Under the pieces are notes generated by a model, which was given only the letters and a program-made list of their open reading frames with translations, searched no databases and was not told the origin of the DNA. The position numbers were made by a program, and so were the translations under genes. A DNA stretch of 63,149 bases, counting the filler, from Octopus bimaculoides (taxonomy: Eukaryota): NCBI RefSeq assembly GCF_001194135.2. It is 4 parts of 4 records of this genome, joined end to end, with 100 filler letters (N's around TTAATTAATTAA, not from the genome) between each part and the next. Parts side by side here need not be neighbours in the genome. Positions count along the whole stretch, not along the records: positions 25,975 to 43,236 come from NC_069005.1; positions 43,337 to 57,114 come from NC_068982.1; 2 more parts are not named here. The stretch is one strand, 5' to 3'. Below are positions 39,124 to 51,964 of the stretch, piece by piece. The number at the start of each line of letters is the position of its first letter. The first letter of the stretch is position 1.

Positions 39124-41224
39124 NNNNNNNNNNNNNNNNNNNNNNNNNNNNNNNNNNNNNNNNNNNNNNNNNNNNNNNNNNNNNNNNNNNNNNNNNNNNN
39201 NNNNNNNNNNNNNNNNNNNNNNNNNNNNNNNNNNNNNNNNNNNNNNNNNNNNNNNNNNNNNNNNNNNNNNNNNNNNNNNNNNNNNNNNNNNNNNNNNNNN
39301 NNNNNNNNNNNNNNNNNNNNNNNNNNNNNNNNNNNNNNNNNNNNNNNNNNNNNNNNNNNNNNNNNNNNNNNNNNNNNNNNNNNNNATATATATATATATA
39401 TATTTGAATCTGTGCTTGAACCCTCATCACTGCTTGACAACCGGTGTTGGTGTGTTTACATCCCCGTAACTTAGCGTTTCGGCAAAAGAGACCGATAGAA
39501 TAAGTATTAGGTGCGGGCGATTTGTTCGACTAAAACCCTTCGAAATGGTGCTTCAGCAAAGCTGCAGACAAATGACTGAAACAAGTAAAAGAAAAAAAGG
39601 GAGTTAATGGAGTCACAGTATCCATGAAAACCCCACCATTTTAAAATGTTGGACTGTGATTGTTACTGTGATTTTTATGTTGTAATTCACAGAAAGTGAT
39701 GGACATGATGGTGAGCTTTCTCAACCATAAGGAAGGAAGTCTATCTAAGCATCATTTCTGACGTAATGTTCCAGACCTGTTGGATTTCATTCGGAGCAGA
39801 GGAAATCCATTTGAGGAGACCAGAAGAGATCTAGTAACACAACAATAAAGCATCTTATGAGTTTTCTGGCGGGTAATCTCAGTACGTATTTTAGAATCTT
39901 CACGACAAGAATGTCAGTAAATTGAGCGTTGGACGAAATGCTTTGCGTCCCGAGTTCAAATCCCGTCGCTAACCGAAGTGGTTTATGCTTCGGTCGCTAA
40001 CCGAAGTGGTTTATATGATCGGAAATATAATTTCGGAGTGTTCATGGTGTCATAGTGAGGATCTTATCAAAGACTTTGCAAATAAAAAAAAGTAGGAGAA
40101 AACTTTTCAATTATAAAGTGGAAGTATACAAAAGTAAACATTATTTTCCATCTTACTGTTAGTTTTGTTTCAATTTGAAAAATTAAAATTCATTTTATGG
40201 TTTATTATTGTTTATATTTTGAATTACATATATATGGAGGGTACCAAAATCTTTTAAGTGCTCTATGAGTCTTAATCTGGCCTTGTATGTATGTATGTAT
40301 GTATGTATGTATGTATTTATGTATGTATGTATGTATTTATGTATGTATGTTTGTATGATTTTTCTTCGAGTTTAGTCAAAGTTCTTGAGAGAGTTGAAAC
40401 CGGTTGCTGACAAAGCAACACAACTTTTTGAGTGAAGAGAGTTCCCAGTTTGTAAATATGTGGTTGAGTTGGTGTGTTGGTTGAACTGTCGATGCATACA
40501 CCCAGTATCTATGCATCTATTTATGTGTGTGTATGTATGTATGTATGTATGTATGTATGGATGGATGGATGGATGGATGGATATTATTTTGAATATAATC
40601 AGGCAGTGTACTAATCTAATTAGTTAATCAGTGTACTGATCTAATCAGTCAGCGTACTGATCTAATTAGTTAAGTCATCTCTAACACATTTAGATGTAGT
40701 AAACAAGAAGAGTTAATCAATACGCACTCTACACTGAGGAGAGATAAGCATTGGAGAAATATTTAAATATGTTCAAAACAGGTAGGGGAGACAACTTCGA
40801 AATCGCAAATAATCGAAGTGGACCGACAACTATGAAATATCAATGAATTAAAATTTGAATTAGGGAAGAAGTGAGGTAGAGAATGATACGAAAATAGAAA
40901 CATTAGGAGTGGGACGAATATGAAATTAATTTGATCTTTTTGCAAGTATGGTGACAATCGCAAATAACACGATTAAAAAGAAGAAAACGGGAAGAGAAGA
41001 AAATTCGAAAATAAATCCAAGAAAGAAAAATGTATTTTATATTGTTTAGTATTCATTGCTAAAACAGTGAAATATAAATAGAATGAAACAAATTGGATTT
41101 CTTTAACTTAAATGGTTTCTAAGATACGAGAGTTGGCACTAAATCAATCCATCAGTCGAGCAAGTGAACAGAAGAAAACAAGATAAGTTTATATATATGG
41201 CATGAAGAGAGGGGAAGGGAGTTT

Positions 41225-41284
<60 letters not shown>

Positions 41285-41590
41285 TGATGACTAAGGTTGT
41301 TGTTGATGCGTAGACACGTCAGTTCTGATCCAGTAGACTTTAGGCTTAAAGTCATTCCAAATATTCTCAGCCTCTCGTTTTTTTTTTTATATATTTTATC
41401 TTTCATTTNNNNNNNNNNNNNNNNNNNNNNNNNNNNNNNGACAATCTTTCTACTTTCATTTACAAGAGCGAAAATTGTTGACCGAGTCTTCACGAGCCTT
41501 TCAATGACAGCAGCTAAAGCAGCATATATTTTTTGCCTGCTGTTGCTACTCATGAATGAGGAATAGAATCGAACGCCTTTCCACAACCAA
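41285..41590 (-). mobile_element. Decayed non-LTR retrotransposon reverse transcriptase fragment
   Basis: Minus strand reads GKAFDSIPHS* (TGA at the expected Trp of KAFDSxPHSW), then ..KSTG....INNNLSHH, resembling the segment that precedes LLYMDD in R4/Dong-like RTs. Confidence 0.6.
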
Positions 41591-42074
41591 GTTTTCAGCA
41601 GAACTTTACTTCGGACAACACATATTTATTTACCCCATTTTTCCCACCTTCCTGCTCATCAGTGACTCTATCGTCAGACACGCAACGGAAGTGGTCCAGG
41701 CAGCATGTGTACAGCTTGAACATTAGCAGTATTTCGTCTGCCGTTACGTTGAGTTCAAATTCCGCCGAGGTCGATTTTGCCTCTCATCCTTTCGGGGTTG
41801 ATAAATTAAGTGTCAGTGAAACACTGGGATCGATGTAATCGACTAGTCCCTTCCCACCAAATTTCAGGCCTTGTGCCTTTAGTAGAAAAGATTATGTTAA
41901 AGCAGGCTATGGGTTTATAGTTTACTGTCGAGATAGGAATTTCATTTTTGCCAACATTTGCTCCTGCTTTGAAAAGCCAGTTAATTTTTTCATGTCAGTT
42001 TGGCCTTCCATATTTCTTTGAAATATAAATGGCTGTTATATGTATATATGAAAAAAAAAACAGTCAATATCTTG

Positions 42075-42380
42075 TATCAGTAGCCAACTAAGAGGTCTCT
42101 TCCTGGAGGTTTTTCTTGACTTAGCTCTCCTGCAACATTCATGAAAGTTTCAGAGTCGATCAAATAAGTTTTATTGCCGATGTTGACACAGGATTCTTGC
42201 TTTATCATTTCAGATCTTAACGACCAGAATGATTCCCTCCCGGGAAGACGTAGGTTTTTGTAAGTTATTTTCAAAGCTCATCTCCAGTACACGACTTTTG
42301 GACTAGAGGTAAACTTCTGGTTTATATTGGCTCTTTGCAAGACTAGTTTCCGAAAGCGGAATTTTTCACTTTGTAAGCCT
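42075..42380 (-). mobile_element. Decayed LINE, pre-RT region
   Basis: INQKFTSSPKVVY...ESFWS...KPPGRDLLVGY* resembles the KSPGxDxIxGFW motif upstream of RT domain 1. Collinear with 41285-41590. Confidence 0.55.
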
Positions 42381-42571
42381 TGAGTTCATGCTTCATTATA
42401 CGTATGTATGTATGTATGTATGTATGCATGCATGTATGTATGTATGTTTGTATGTATGTATGTATGTTTCTTCTATTTTTTTAATCATTATAAGTCTTCC
42501 ACCGAGGAGGGAGCCAGTTTCCAACAAAGATACAAGTCTCCATCTTTGGGGTGTAGTTAACACAGACAAAT

Positions 42572-42740
42572 TCACATTTGGAACTTGAGAAAAGTCTTGC
42601 ATATTTTTACTGTTCCACTCACAGATTGGACTTGTAATGTTCGAATTAGTCGGTCGATTTCTCTTTCTGAAAATCCCAGTTTATCCAGATTTTCCTTTAA
42701 GCATTTACTAACAAAACCTGGTGCTCCAATTATTATTGGT
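42572..42740 (-). mobile_element. LINE ORF C-terminus (restriction-like endonuclease clade)
   Basis: PIIIGAPGFVSKCLKENLDKLGFSEREIDRLIRTLQVQSVSGTVKICKTFLKFQM* resembles the PIIIGALG...LQxxxxxGTxKIxK ends of R4/NeSL-type elements. Confidence 0.6.
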
Positions 42741-43181
42741 ATGTATGTATGTATGTATGTATGTATGTATGTATGTATGTATGTATGTACGTACGTACGT
42801 ATGTATGTATGAATGTTTGTATGAATATGTACGTGTGCATGTATGAATTTATGTAATATATGTGTATGTGTACATTATGGATCTAATGTATTTATGCGTG
42901 TATGCATGAATGTAACGTATTATAATGTAATGTTATGTATGTGTGTTTATGTATGTGTTTGTGTTTATGTGTGTGCTTGTGCATGTTTGCCTATTTATCT
43001 GTCTGCCTGTTTCTCTCTCTGTCTGTCTGTCAGTCTCTTTCTCTCTCTCTCTCTCTCTCTATCTGTCAACCTATCTATCATTCTCTCTCCCTCTCGATCC
43101 GTCTGTTTGTCTGTCTTTCAGCCTATCTGTCTGCCTGCCTCTGTTTCTCTCTTTCCCTCTCTTTCTCCATCGATTCTCCCA

Positions 43182-43235
<54 letters not shown>

Positions 43236-43336
43236 CNNNNNNNNNNNNNNNNNNNNNNNNNNNNNNNNNNNNNNNNNNNNTTAATTAATTAANNNNNNNN
43301 NNNNNNNNNNNNNNNNNNNNNNNNNNNNNNNNNNNN

Positions 43337-43370
<34 letters not shown>

Positions 43371-43709
43371 TTTGGCACTCCACCGGTTACGACGACGAGG
43401 GTTCCAGTTGATTCGATCCACGAAACAGCCTGCTCGTGAAATTAACATGCATTTGGCTGAGCACTCCACAGACACGTGTACCCTGGACGTAGTTCTCAGG
43501 GAGATTCAGTGTAACACGAAGTGTGAGTGACAGGGCTGGCCCTTTGAAATACAGGTGCTACTCATTTTTTTTCTTTTTGCCAGTTGAGTGAATTGGAGCA
43601 AAGTGAAATAAAGTGTCTTGCTCAAGAACACAACGCGTCGCCGGGAATGGAACTCACAACCTTGCGATCATGAGCCGAATACCTTAACCATTAAGTGACG
43701 CACCTTCAC
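43371..43709 (-). mobile_element. SINE with family C 3' domain
   Basis: ttggcactcc..gttacgacgacgagggttccagttga block; head variant as at 20552-20849. Confidence 0.75.
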
Positions 43710-43949
43710 GCACACACACTCACACACACACATACACACACACACACTGTGTATACATACATATATATGTGGGTGTGTGGGTTTGTGTATGTGTGTATAT
43801 ATATACATATATATATAATTTACTTAGAAGCTACACTAACTTCTAATCTTAACGACTTGATACAAGGCCTACGCCTTGATACAATTCTAGACGCTCACTC
43901 GATATTCATACACATTCTCGCATATGTCTTGAGGTTAAGACGCTTTTGG

Positions 43950-44273
43950 AAAACAACTCGGGTCCGGCTACATACAGATCCGGCTTAGAGGCGTTCAACT
44001 ATTATCGTTCAGAGGCAGCCCGGCACCACCGCTCTATCGGGCAAGCACGCAAACCGCTGATTCAGCGCTTCCCTTTCATACTCTACTGGGTAACCGTAAC
44101 CGAATTGACGTCGCTGGAATCTGCCAAAGGTCTGCAGAAGCGTTGGCGGCTGCGACGGGTAATGCACGAGCGCGCCGCTGTGCACCGAAGCCTCGACGAC
44201 TCGGGGTGCCGCGTACGCGTGATGCTTCGGTAGGATAAAACTAACCTGTCTCATGACAGTCTAAACCCAGTTC
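43950..44273 (-). pseudogene. 28S rRNA 3'-region pseudogene fragment
   Basis: Reverse complement contains gaactgggtttagactgtcatgagacaggttagttttatcctac and gttgaacgcctctaagccggatc, matching conserved LSU GAGCTGGGTTTAGACCGTCGTGAGACAGGTTAGTTTTACCCTAC and GAACGCCTCTAAG. The sarcin-ricin equivalent is degraded (AGTATGAAAGGGAAG). Confidence 0.88.
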
Positions 44274-45336
44274 CACTTTCTTTAACAAAAACATTCTAAA
44301 TAGATTTACGAAAACGTTTAACGAAGACAAATTGTGACTAAAATGTGACCTATNNNNNNNNNNNNNNNNNNNNNNNNNNNNNNNNNNNNNNNNNNNNNNN
44401 NNNNNNNNNNNNNNNNNNNNNNNNNNNNNNNNNNNNNNNNNNNNNNNNNNNNNNNNNNNNNNNNNNNNNNNNNNNNNNNNNNNNNNNNNNNNNNNNNNNN
44501 NNNNNNNNNNNNNNNNNNNNNNNNNNNNNNNNNNNNNNNNNNNNNNNNNNNNNNNNNNNNNNNNNNNNNNNNNNNNNNNNNNNNNNNNNNNNNNNNNNNN
44601 NNNNNNNNNNNNNNNNNNNNNNNNNNNNNNNNNNNNNNNNNNNNNNNNNNNNNNNNNNNNNNNNNNNNNNNNNNNNNNNNNNNNNNNNNNNNNNNNNNNN
44701 NNNNNNNNNNNNNNNNNNNNNNNNNNNNNNNNNNNNNNNNNNNNNNNNNNNNNNNNNNNNNNNNNNNNNNNNNNNNNNNNNNNNNNNNNNNNNNNNNNNN
44801 NNNNNNNNNNNNNNNNNNNNNNNNNNNNNNNNNNNNNNNNNNNNNNNNNNNNNNNNNNNNNNNNNNNNNNNNNNNNNNNNNNNNNNNNNNNNNNNNNNNN
44901 NNNNNNNNNNNNNNNNNNNNNNNNNNNNNNNNNNNNNNNNNNNNNNNNNNNNNNNNNNNNNNNNNNNNNNNNNNNNNNNNNNNNNNNNNNNNNNNNNNNN
45001 NNNNNNNNNNNNNNNNNNNNNNNNNNNNNNNNNNNNNNNNNNNNNNNNNNNNNNNNNNNNTGTGTGTGTGTGTGTGAGTGTGGGTGCGTGTGCGTGCACG
45101 CGATATATTCTTACTTCTTTAGCCATTGCAGAAAGGGACAGCGTCCCGTGAAGACTTACAATAAATATAAGACCGCCACATGAGGTTGAATGCAAAGCAG
45201 CCGGATTTTACATAGGGAATGAAGCAAGCACATTTAAATACAACAGAAAAAAAAATCCTGTCTTACTGAGGGAGTGAAAATACCTTCGAAGTGGTGTGAA
45301 AGATATGAAGTTGGAAAGCTCAAAATACCTATGGGC

Positions 45337-45375
<39 letters not shown>

Positions 45376-45863
45376 TGTGTGTACATGTATATACATACAC
45401 ACGCAGATGCGTATATATGCAGTTCTTTTATCATGAATTCCGTTCACACGCTGCCAAGCACGTCATTAGATAGACAAGTGAGTGTTCTGGTTGTGTAGAA
45501 AGGTGTTCCTTGCCAGACACCATCTGTTACCTGACGGCGTTTCTTTACTTGCTTATATATATATATATATATATTGTATTTTTTCTTTCTTTGGTTTGTG
45601 TTATTGACTAAATCTTTGGTCACTGACACTCTTCACACACATCACATTTCCACCTTTACACAAACCTTTACCGTATTAACTTTTGTAGTATTGTAGTGGT
45701 ATTGTCGCTAGATATAGTATTTGTTGTAGTTGTGGCTGTAGTAGTGGTGATGGTGGTTGTTGTAGTGTTTGAGATGGGGTAGATAGCAGTGGTGATAACA
45801 ATAATTGTTGTTGCTGTAAAACCACATGCCAGTCTTGATCCGGTTACTGTATATTACATCGAG

Positions 45864-46243
45864 GAGGCGCAATGGCCCAGTGGTTAGGGCAGCGGACTCG
45901 CAGTCATAGGATCGCGGTTTCGATTCACAGACCGGGCGTTGTGAGTGTTTATTGAGCGAAAACACCTAAAGCTCCACGAGGCTCCGGCAGGGGATGGTGG
46001 CGAACCCTGCTGTACTCTTTCACCACAACTTTCTCTCACTCTTACTTCCTGTTTCTGTTGTGCCTGTAATTCAAAGGGTCAGCCTTGTCGCACTGTGTCA
46101 CGCTGAATATCCCCGAGAACTACGTTAAGGGTACACGTGTCTGTGGAGTGCTTAGCCACTTGCACGTTAATTTCACGAGCAGGCTGTTCCGTTGATCGGA
46201 TCAACTGGAACCCTCGTCGTCGTAAGCGACGGAGTGCCAACAA
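45864..46243 (+). mobile_element. SINE family C, full well-preserved copy
   Basis: gaggcgcaatggcccagtggttagggcagcggactcgc...gtcgtaagcgacggagtgccaacaa. Confidence 0.88.
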
Positions 46244-46542
46244 AATTACATCGTGGTCTGTTGTTATTGTTCTGTAACTTTATAAAAACTGAGTGACTTA
46301 ATGATTTGGTGATTGTTGTTTCGAGCGTTAGGTAACGGGTTCGATTCCTGGGCTGGATAGTACATCGTGACTTTAGACGAGGTACTTAATTTCACGATGC
46401 TCCTGTCCATTCAGCTGAATTGTTGTTGCGTCTGCCGCAGGGTGAAGTCTCGCAGATTAGTAGCCTAAAATTTTGAAAATACAAGAAAATACAGTCATCG
46501 GTTCTGACTGATGGATTCCTGTAAACCCATACCTAGTCACAG

Positions 46543-46841
46543 ATCTATTGTTCTATGTACGCAATGTCTCCGGCGAGTGGAAGACCACACATTGCTGTTA
46601 TGATAGTGGTGCTAGTGGCAGTAGTCGTAATTACATACAACGATCTGCTAAGGTTAATGATAAAAGTACCAGTGGTGGAGATGGAGATATTAATGGAAGT
46701 GCTTTTGTGGTCAGAGCCCATACGAGCGGGATTTTGCCGTACATCAACCTGGGTTCTAGAGAATCAAAAAGGGCCCGTGGATATCTCTCGGACAGCTCTT
46801 TAAAAGATAAAGAATTCTTAGCTCCCTCGAATTTTGAGTGA
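46543..46841 (+). CDS. Candidate terminal coding exon, phase-compatible with 24158-24437
   Basis: Acceptor ctagtcacag|AT (phase 1). Non-repetitive 99-codon frame (D)LLFYVRNVSGEWKTTHCCYDSG...KEFLAPSNFE*. Confidence 0.45.
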
Positions 46842-47293
46842 CCTTTCACACCAGGACCCGAAAACAGTTTTCTTTTTACTTGTAGTACAAATAATCGTAT
46901 TAGCATCAGTGCCTGCTATACTGTACATACCATTAATTCTTACCTTCTTGATGGAATAGTAGAGGCACCGTCATAAAATACGGCGTTTCTTTGGCTTTTT
47001 TTGGAAGAATCACGCAAATACAGGATTGGTACCCTTTTTTTTTTCTCTATCGGGGATGAAAGACAAAGCAGAACATGGTGGAATTTGAACAGAAAGCAAA
47101 GGGGTTCCGGAATGATTAGAGCCAAGCAATATATACGACGTTCAAACGACTTTTCTAACAGACCGCTTGTTGCTGTATATCCCTGGCGGAATCGTTAGAG
47201 CGTTGGTAAAATTTCTTGAGCACTGAGAACGATGAAATGGACCTACTCGTTTCTCACAAAATTTCAGAAGAAAGAAAGAAAGAAAGAAAGAAA

Positions 47294-47417
47294 TCTTCTT
47301 CTTCTTCTTCTTCTTCTTCTTCTTCTTCTTCTTCTTCTTCTTCTTCTTCTTCTTCTTCTTCTTCTTCTTCTTCTTCTTCTTCTTCTTCTTCTTCTTCTTC
47401 TTCTTCTTCTTCTTCTC
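47294..47417. repeat. (TCT)n microsatellite
   Basis: About 40 perfect triplets; source of the poly-S, poly-L and poly-E ORFs. Confidence 0.95.
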
Positions 47418-48449
47418 TAAAACATTCTGTTATATACATAGGAACATACATTTACACACACATTGACACATACACACATACACTCATATCATCGCTGTGT
47501 CCAGATAATATCAGCAGTTACTTAATTTGCCCTAATACGCCACTGAAATCATGGGAATAAAAATTTACAACTGCTTTAAAAAGGCATTATGTTCTAGACG
47601 AGTACACAAAAAATGTGATTTTTCATTTTGTGCAGCGCGATACAAGACATTTACACAAGATGGCCTAAATAGAACAGGCTTTACAATAAACAAATTTGTG
47701 AAAAGAGATTTACTGTGTGGCTCTCATGAATTGTTGTACTGTATCTGTGATGGAACGAACAAAGAACGGCGAGTTGAAGCTAAATACTTTGATATTGCTT
47801 CATTGTGAGAAACGCTACACACTCTGGATGGAGGACAATAAAATATTGAACTGACTCCAGTACTTTACTGGTATTTGTTTTATTGAGCAGAGAAGATGAA
47901 AAACAAAGTCGATCCCGGCTAGCCATGAAATTCGCCTGCACTGATGTAAAATACAGCGACTAACAAACATATCTATACTTCACATATGTATGCCACAAGG
48001 ACCGAATGCCCCTGGTCACAGATTGGATGAACATTATACAAACTCATAAACTCGCTTTCAGACTGTATAAGAAAGAAAAAATGCCAAATTGTAAAACGAA
48101 ATGCCTTCATTAGAACAAGCTATAAACCAACAAATTTCAGAACATACTTCGGACCACCTACACAAATGCAAGGGTTGTAATTTCCCTGAATAATGCTTGT
48201 CACATGAATACAACACTTTCCTGACGTTTACCTATGCACAAAAAGAAGCCATCATAACACACTAAACTCTGGGGAAAATTGCTATCGTTTTCTATTCCCG
48301 TTTCCGACAAGAGAAATATATCAATGTAAGAGATTACATTGATATATTTACATTGGCATATCAATGTAAATGTATCAATGTAATCTCACCAAGCAATCTC
48401 ATCTCTCAGTTCATTAGAATATTTGAGATAGTAATGAGATCAAGAATAT

Positions 48450-48580
48450 CTGGCTTCATGGAGAACAGCAGTCTGTTAAATTCCGATGTGGCGAAGACCG
48501 TTGATATTTCAATTGTTTTGAATGAAGGTCCAAGTTTTAATGGCATATAGCTTGATTTCAGCAATGCCTTTGACAAATGC
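48450..48580 (+). mobile_element. CR1/L2-type LINE RT fragment
   Basis: GFMENSSLLNS...LNEGPSFNGI*LDFSNAFDK resembles the CR1 motif (Q)HGFxxxRSC...DxIYLDFSKAFDKV. Confidence 0.65.
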
Positions 48581-48595
48581 AATTGCAGTATTTTG

Positions 48596-48596
<1 letters not shown>

Positions 48597-48680
<84 letters not shown>
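48597..48680. repeat. (CA)n microsatellite
   Basis: About 42 perfect dinucleotide units. Many other (TA)n, (TG)n, (GA)n, (TATG)n and (TAGA)n tracts occur throughout, e.g. 34740-35820, 41226-41280 and 42730-43236. Confidence 0.95.
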
Positions 48681-48681
<1 letters not shown>

Positions 48682-49693
48682 TCACACATACGTACACATA
48701 TGTCTGTATATATGTACGAGTGTGTGTGTGTGTGTTCAGATTTGGGAAAAGTGAACATAAAATATGTCATGGAGTTAAAGTATTTGTATTAACAGAGTGA
48801 AAGTCAAATCTACATTTTACTGACGGTGAACACACACATGTAATCCATCAGAAGTCTTCGATCTACATGGCGAAGTAGTTATGAGTCCTAAAGAATAACT
48901 TATGGACATTGGTTAATGGATGAAGTGCGTTCCTTTTAGCCGATTCAAGTTACCTGATGGAACCGTAAGATTCTTGAATATTGCTAGTCACACGAATACA
49001 CCACTTTCCTGTCGTTTACCTATGCATAAAAAGAAACCACCACAACACACTAAACACTGAGATAAATTCCTATCGTTTTCTATTCCCGTTTCCGATAAGA
49101 GAAATATATCAATGTAAGAGACTACTGCTAGAAGTTGTAACTGCTGCTAATCATTACTGAACGATTGTTGAAGTAGAATTTCGGTAAAGTCACAGTAAGT
49201 ATTGTATAGCAGAGCTATTAACTAATGCTTTAAAATCAACTAATAGGGACTTGAGTTGATAATAGCAGTATGAAAGTTTAGTCCTTTATTAAGACTTATA
49301 GTGGACTATTTCTGTACGTGCAGTTTCTGAGACACAAAGGCAGCATTGCTCACTCCGAGTGAATAAAAAGCAGCTTTCTATAGTATGCTCCAGTTTATAC
49401 TACGCAAACAATTCATCTGTTTCAGAAACCAAATTTATTTACAGGAGTACCAGTAAGTACCCCAGCAATTCCGCTTAATCACACTTTCCATTTTCTCAGT
49501 GAAGCTTCGCATAAAAGCTTTCTTAATACAATGTTATTTATATAAAAGTAGTTGCTTTTCTTATCCTCAACTGTTTGATTTTCCTCTATAGATATAGCCT
49601 AACAGAGTGGTTTTACAGACAAATGCGCAAATGAAAGAAAAGAGAACTCAATACATGCCATGAAAGTTGAATATTTGCTTGAACAATTTGTAA

Positions 49694-49731
<38 letters not shown>

Positions 49732-50119
49732 GTGGGTGGGAGAGGGCTATCTCAAGTATATACATCTATAGAGCCAAAACTCATATTTGATATATTGTTG
49801 ATGTATGAACAACTACGACAAAGGTTTCTCTTTGAAGTTAAGAACTATTGAAATCAATTCTATGCAACTTTAACTTTAACTGTTGGTGTCTAAGTACCAT
49901 ATTCAGAATACAAGAACAAAAGTGTTCTTTGAATTGATAAAGAAGAAAACATATGCACAACCACAATACAAAACTACGTACAAAGTTGTGTAAGCATAAA
50001 TACGTACGCATGTAGGCACATGCACGCGCACGCGCACACGTAAATCATATATATATATATACATACATACATACATACATACAAACATACATACATACAT
50101 ACATATATACATATGTATT

Positions 50120-50154
<35 letters not shown>

Positions 50155-51964
50155 NNNNNNNNNNNNNNNNNNNNNNNNNNNNNNNNNNNNNNNNNNNNNN
50201 NNNNNNNNNNNNNNNNNNNNNNNNNNNNNNNNNNNNNNNNNNNNNNNNNNNNNNNNNNNNNNNNNNNNNNNNNNNNNNNNNNNNNNNNNNNNNNNNNNNN
50301 NNNNNNNNNNNNNNNNNNNNNNNNNNNNNNNNNNNNNNNNNNNNNNNNNNNNNNNNNNNNNNNNNNNNNNNNNNNNNNNNNNNNNNNNNNNNNNNNNNNN
50401 NNNNNNNNNNNNNNNNNNNNNNNNNNNNNNNNNNNNNNNNNNNNNNNNNNNNNNNNNNNNNNNNNNNNNNNNNNNNCACAAAAATAATAAAAGTACAATT
50501 GCGCAATTTATTGCCATGCAATGCACGTTGCTCCCGTTTGTTCATTCTTTTATCTTTTACTGTTGCACTTAATTCTTTCTTTTATCCACACACTTCCTTT
50601 TACTTGCCTCCGTCCCCACTTCCTTCACTTTCCCTCCCCCTCTCTCTCCTATTATCATACGTTCTTTCTCAAGGAATCGACACAATTTAGAGAACTGGGT
50701 CACCAATATATTTTATGTTAAATAAAAGCGGCGAGCTGGCAGAGTCGTTACCACACCGGACAAAATGTTTAACGGCAATTCGTTCGTCTTTACGTTCTGA
50801 GTTCAAATTCCGCCGAGGGCGACTTTATCTTTCATCTGTTTTGGAGTCGATAAAATAGGTACCAGTTGAGCATTGGGGTGAACGTAATTGACTTACACTC
50901 CTCTCCTGAAATTCCTGGCCTTGTGTCAAAATTTGAAATCAATATATTATAAGTAAAATATATATAACATAAAAAGTAAACAATATCTTGGTCAGTAGAT
51001 TAACGGACATAATTTCATGTTATCTTGTTTCGTCTCTTTACGTTCTGAGTTCAAACTCCTCGTAGGTCCGAGTTGCCTTTCATCCTTCCGAGGAGACGAA
51101 AGAAGCTGTGCGCATGTCTATAAAATAGGTAATAAGTACAAGGATGATTATAGTCAATTATATCACTGAAAGCGATGCTCTAGTATGGGCTCAGTCCAAT
51201 GACTTAATCCAGTAAATAAATAAAGAAAAAAAAAACGAATATGAAAAACTTCTAAGTATAGGTTTTGTGGGAAATATAGAGTTTTATAAAGGGACGTTGT
51301 TATTTTATTTGTTATATATTTTAGAGTTCCACAGCATTCCACAGAATTTTAATATCCTAAGGGAATCCACTGACAAGGCTTTGGTTGGACCGAGGCTATA
51401 GTAGAAGACACTTGCCCAAGTTGCCACGCAATCAGACCGAACTATTAATGTCAGGCCAGCTTACTAAATTATCAAAATTGATGGGACTATATGTCGGCTT
51501 AATCTTCGCAAAATGGGTAAGGCATAGCGTAGTAATAATGGTTGAGTGATGGGGAGGGGATGATAATGAGAAGTAAGATAGAGGAAGCTGAATTCGTTAT
51601 CGTATTAAAGACTTTGAGAAATAATGGAATAAAATTCTAAAATAAAATAAAATAGGGGTGGTAATTAAATCACAATAGAAAAAAGGGGGACTGTTATAAT
51701 TCAGCATAGTTACAATGTTATAATATTAAAATAAATTTAGAAATTAGATAATCAGGTGACGAATAAATTATATTTGAAATTACAAGAAGAAAGTGAAGAC
51801 AAATATATAAAAGAATGTATTAGATATAAAGGTTTAGAATTTAGGCTCATAAGCTAATAAGGAATATAATGTATTTGAAATATAAGGATATAAACATAAA
51901 ATATACGACAGGGTATATAAAATATAAACTGTAAATATATATAGTCATTAAAGTAATATATACT

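Larger units (their letters stand above)
48187..49121 (+). repeat. ~146-bp direct repeat pair (48187-48332, 48975-49121)
   Basis: tgaata..gtcaca.gaatac..cactttcctg.cgtttacctatgca...tatcgttttctattcccgtttccga.aagagaaatatatcaatgtaagaga occurs twice. Confidence 0.88.

Noticed and set aside
41297-41566. Plus-strand hydrophobic ORF resembling a membrane protein
   Set aside because: It is the antisense of the LINE RT fragment (KAFDSIPHS on the minus strand).
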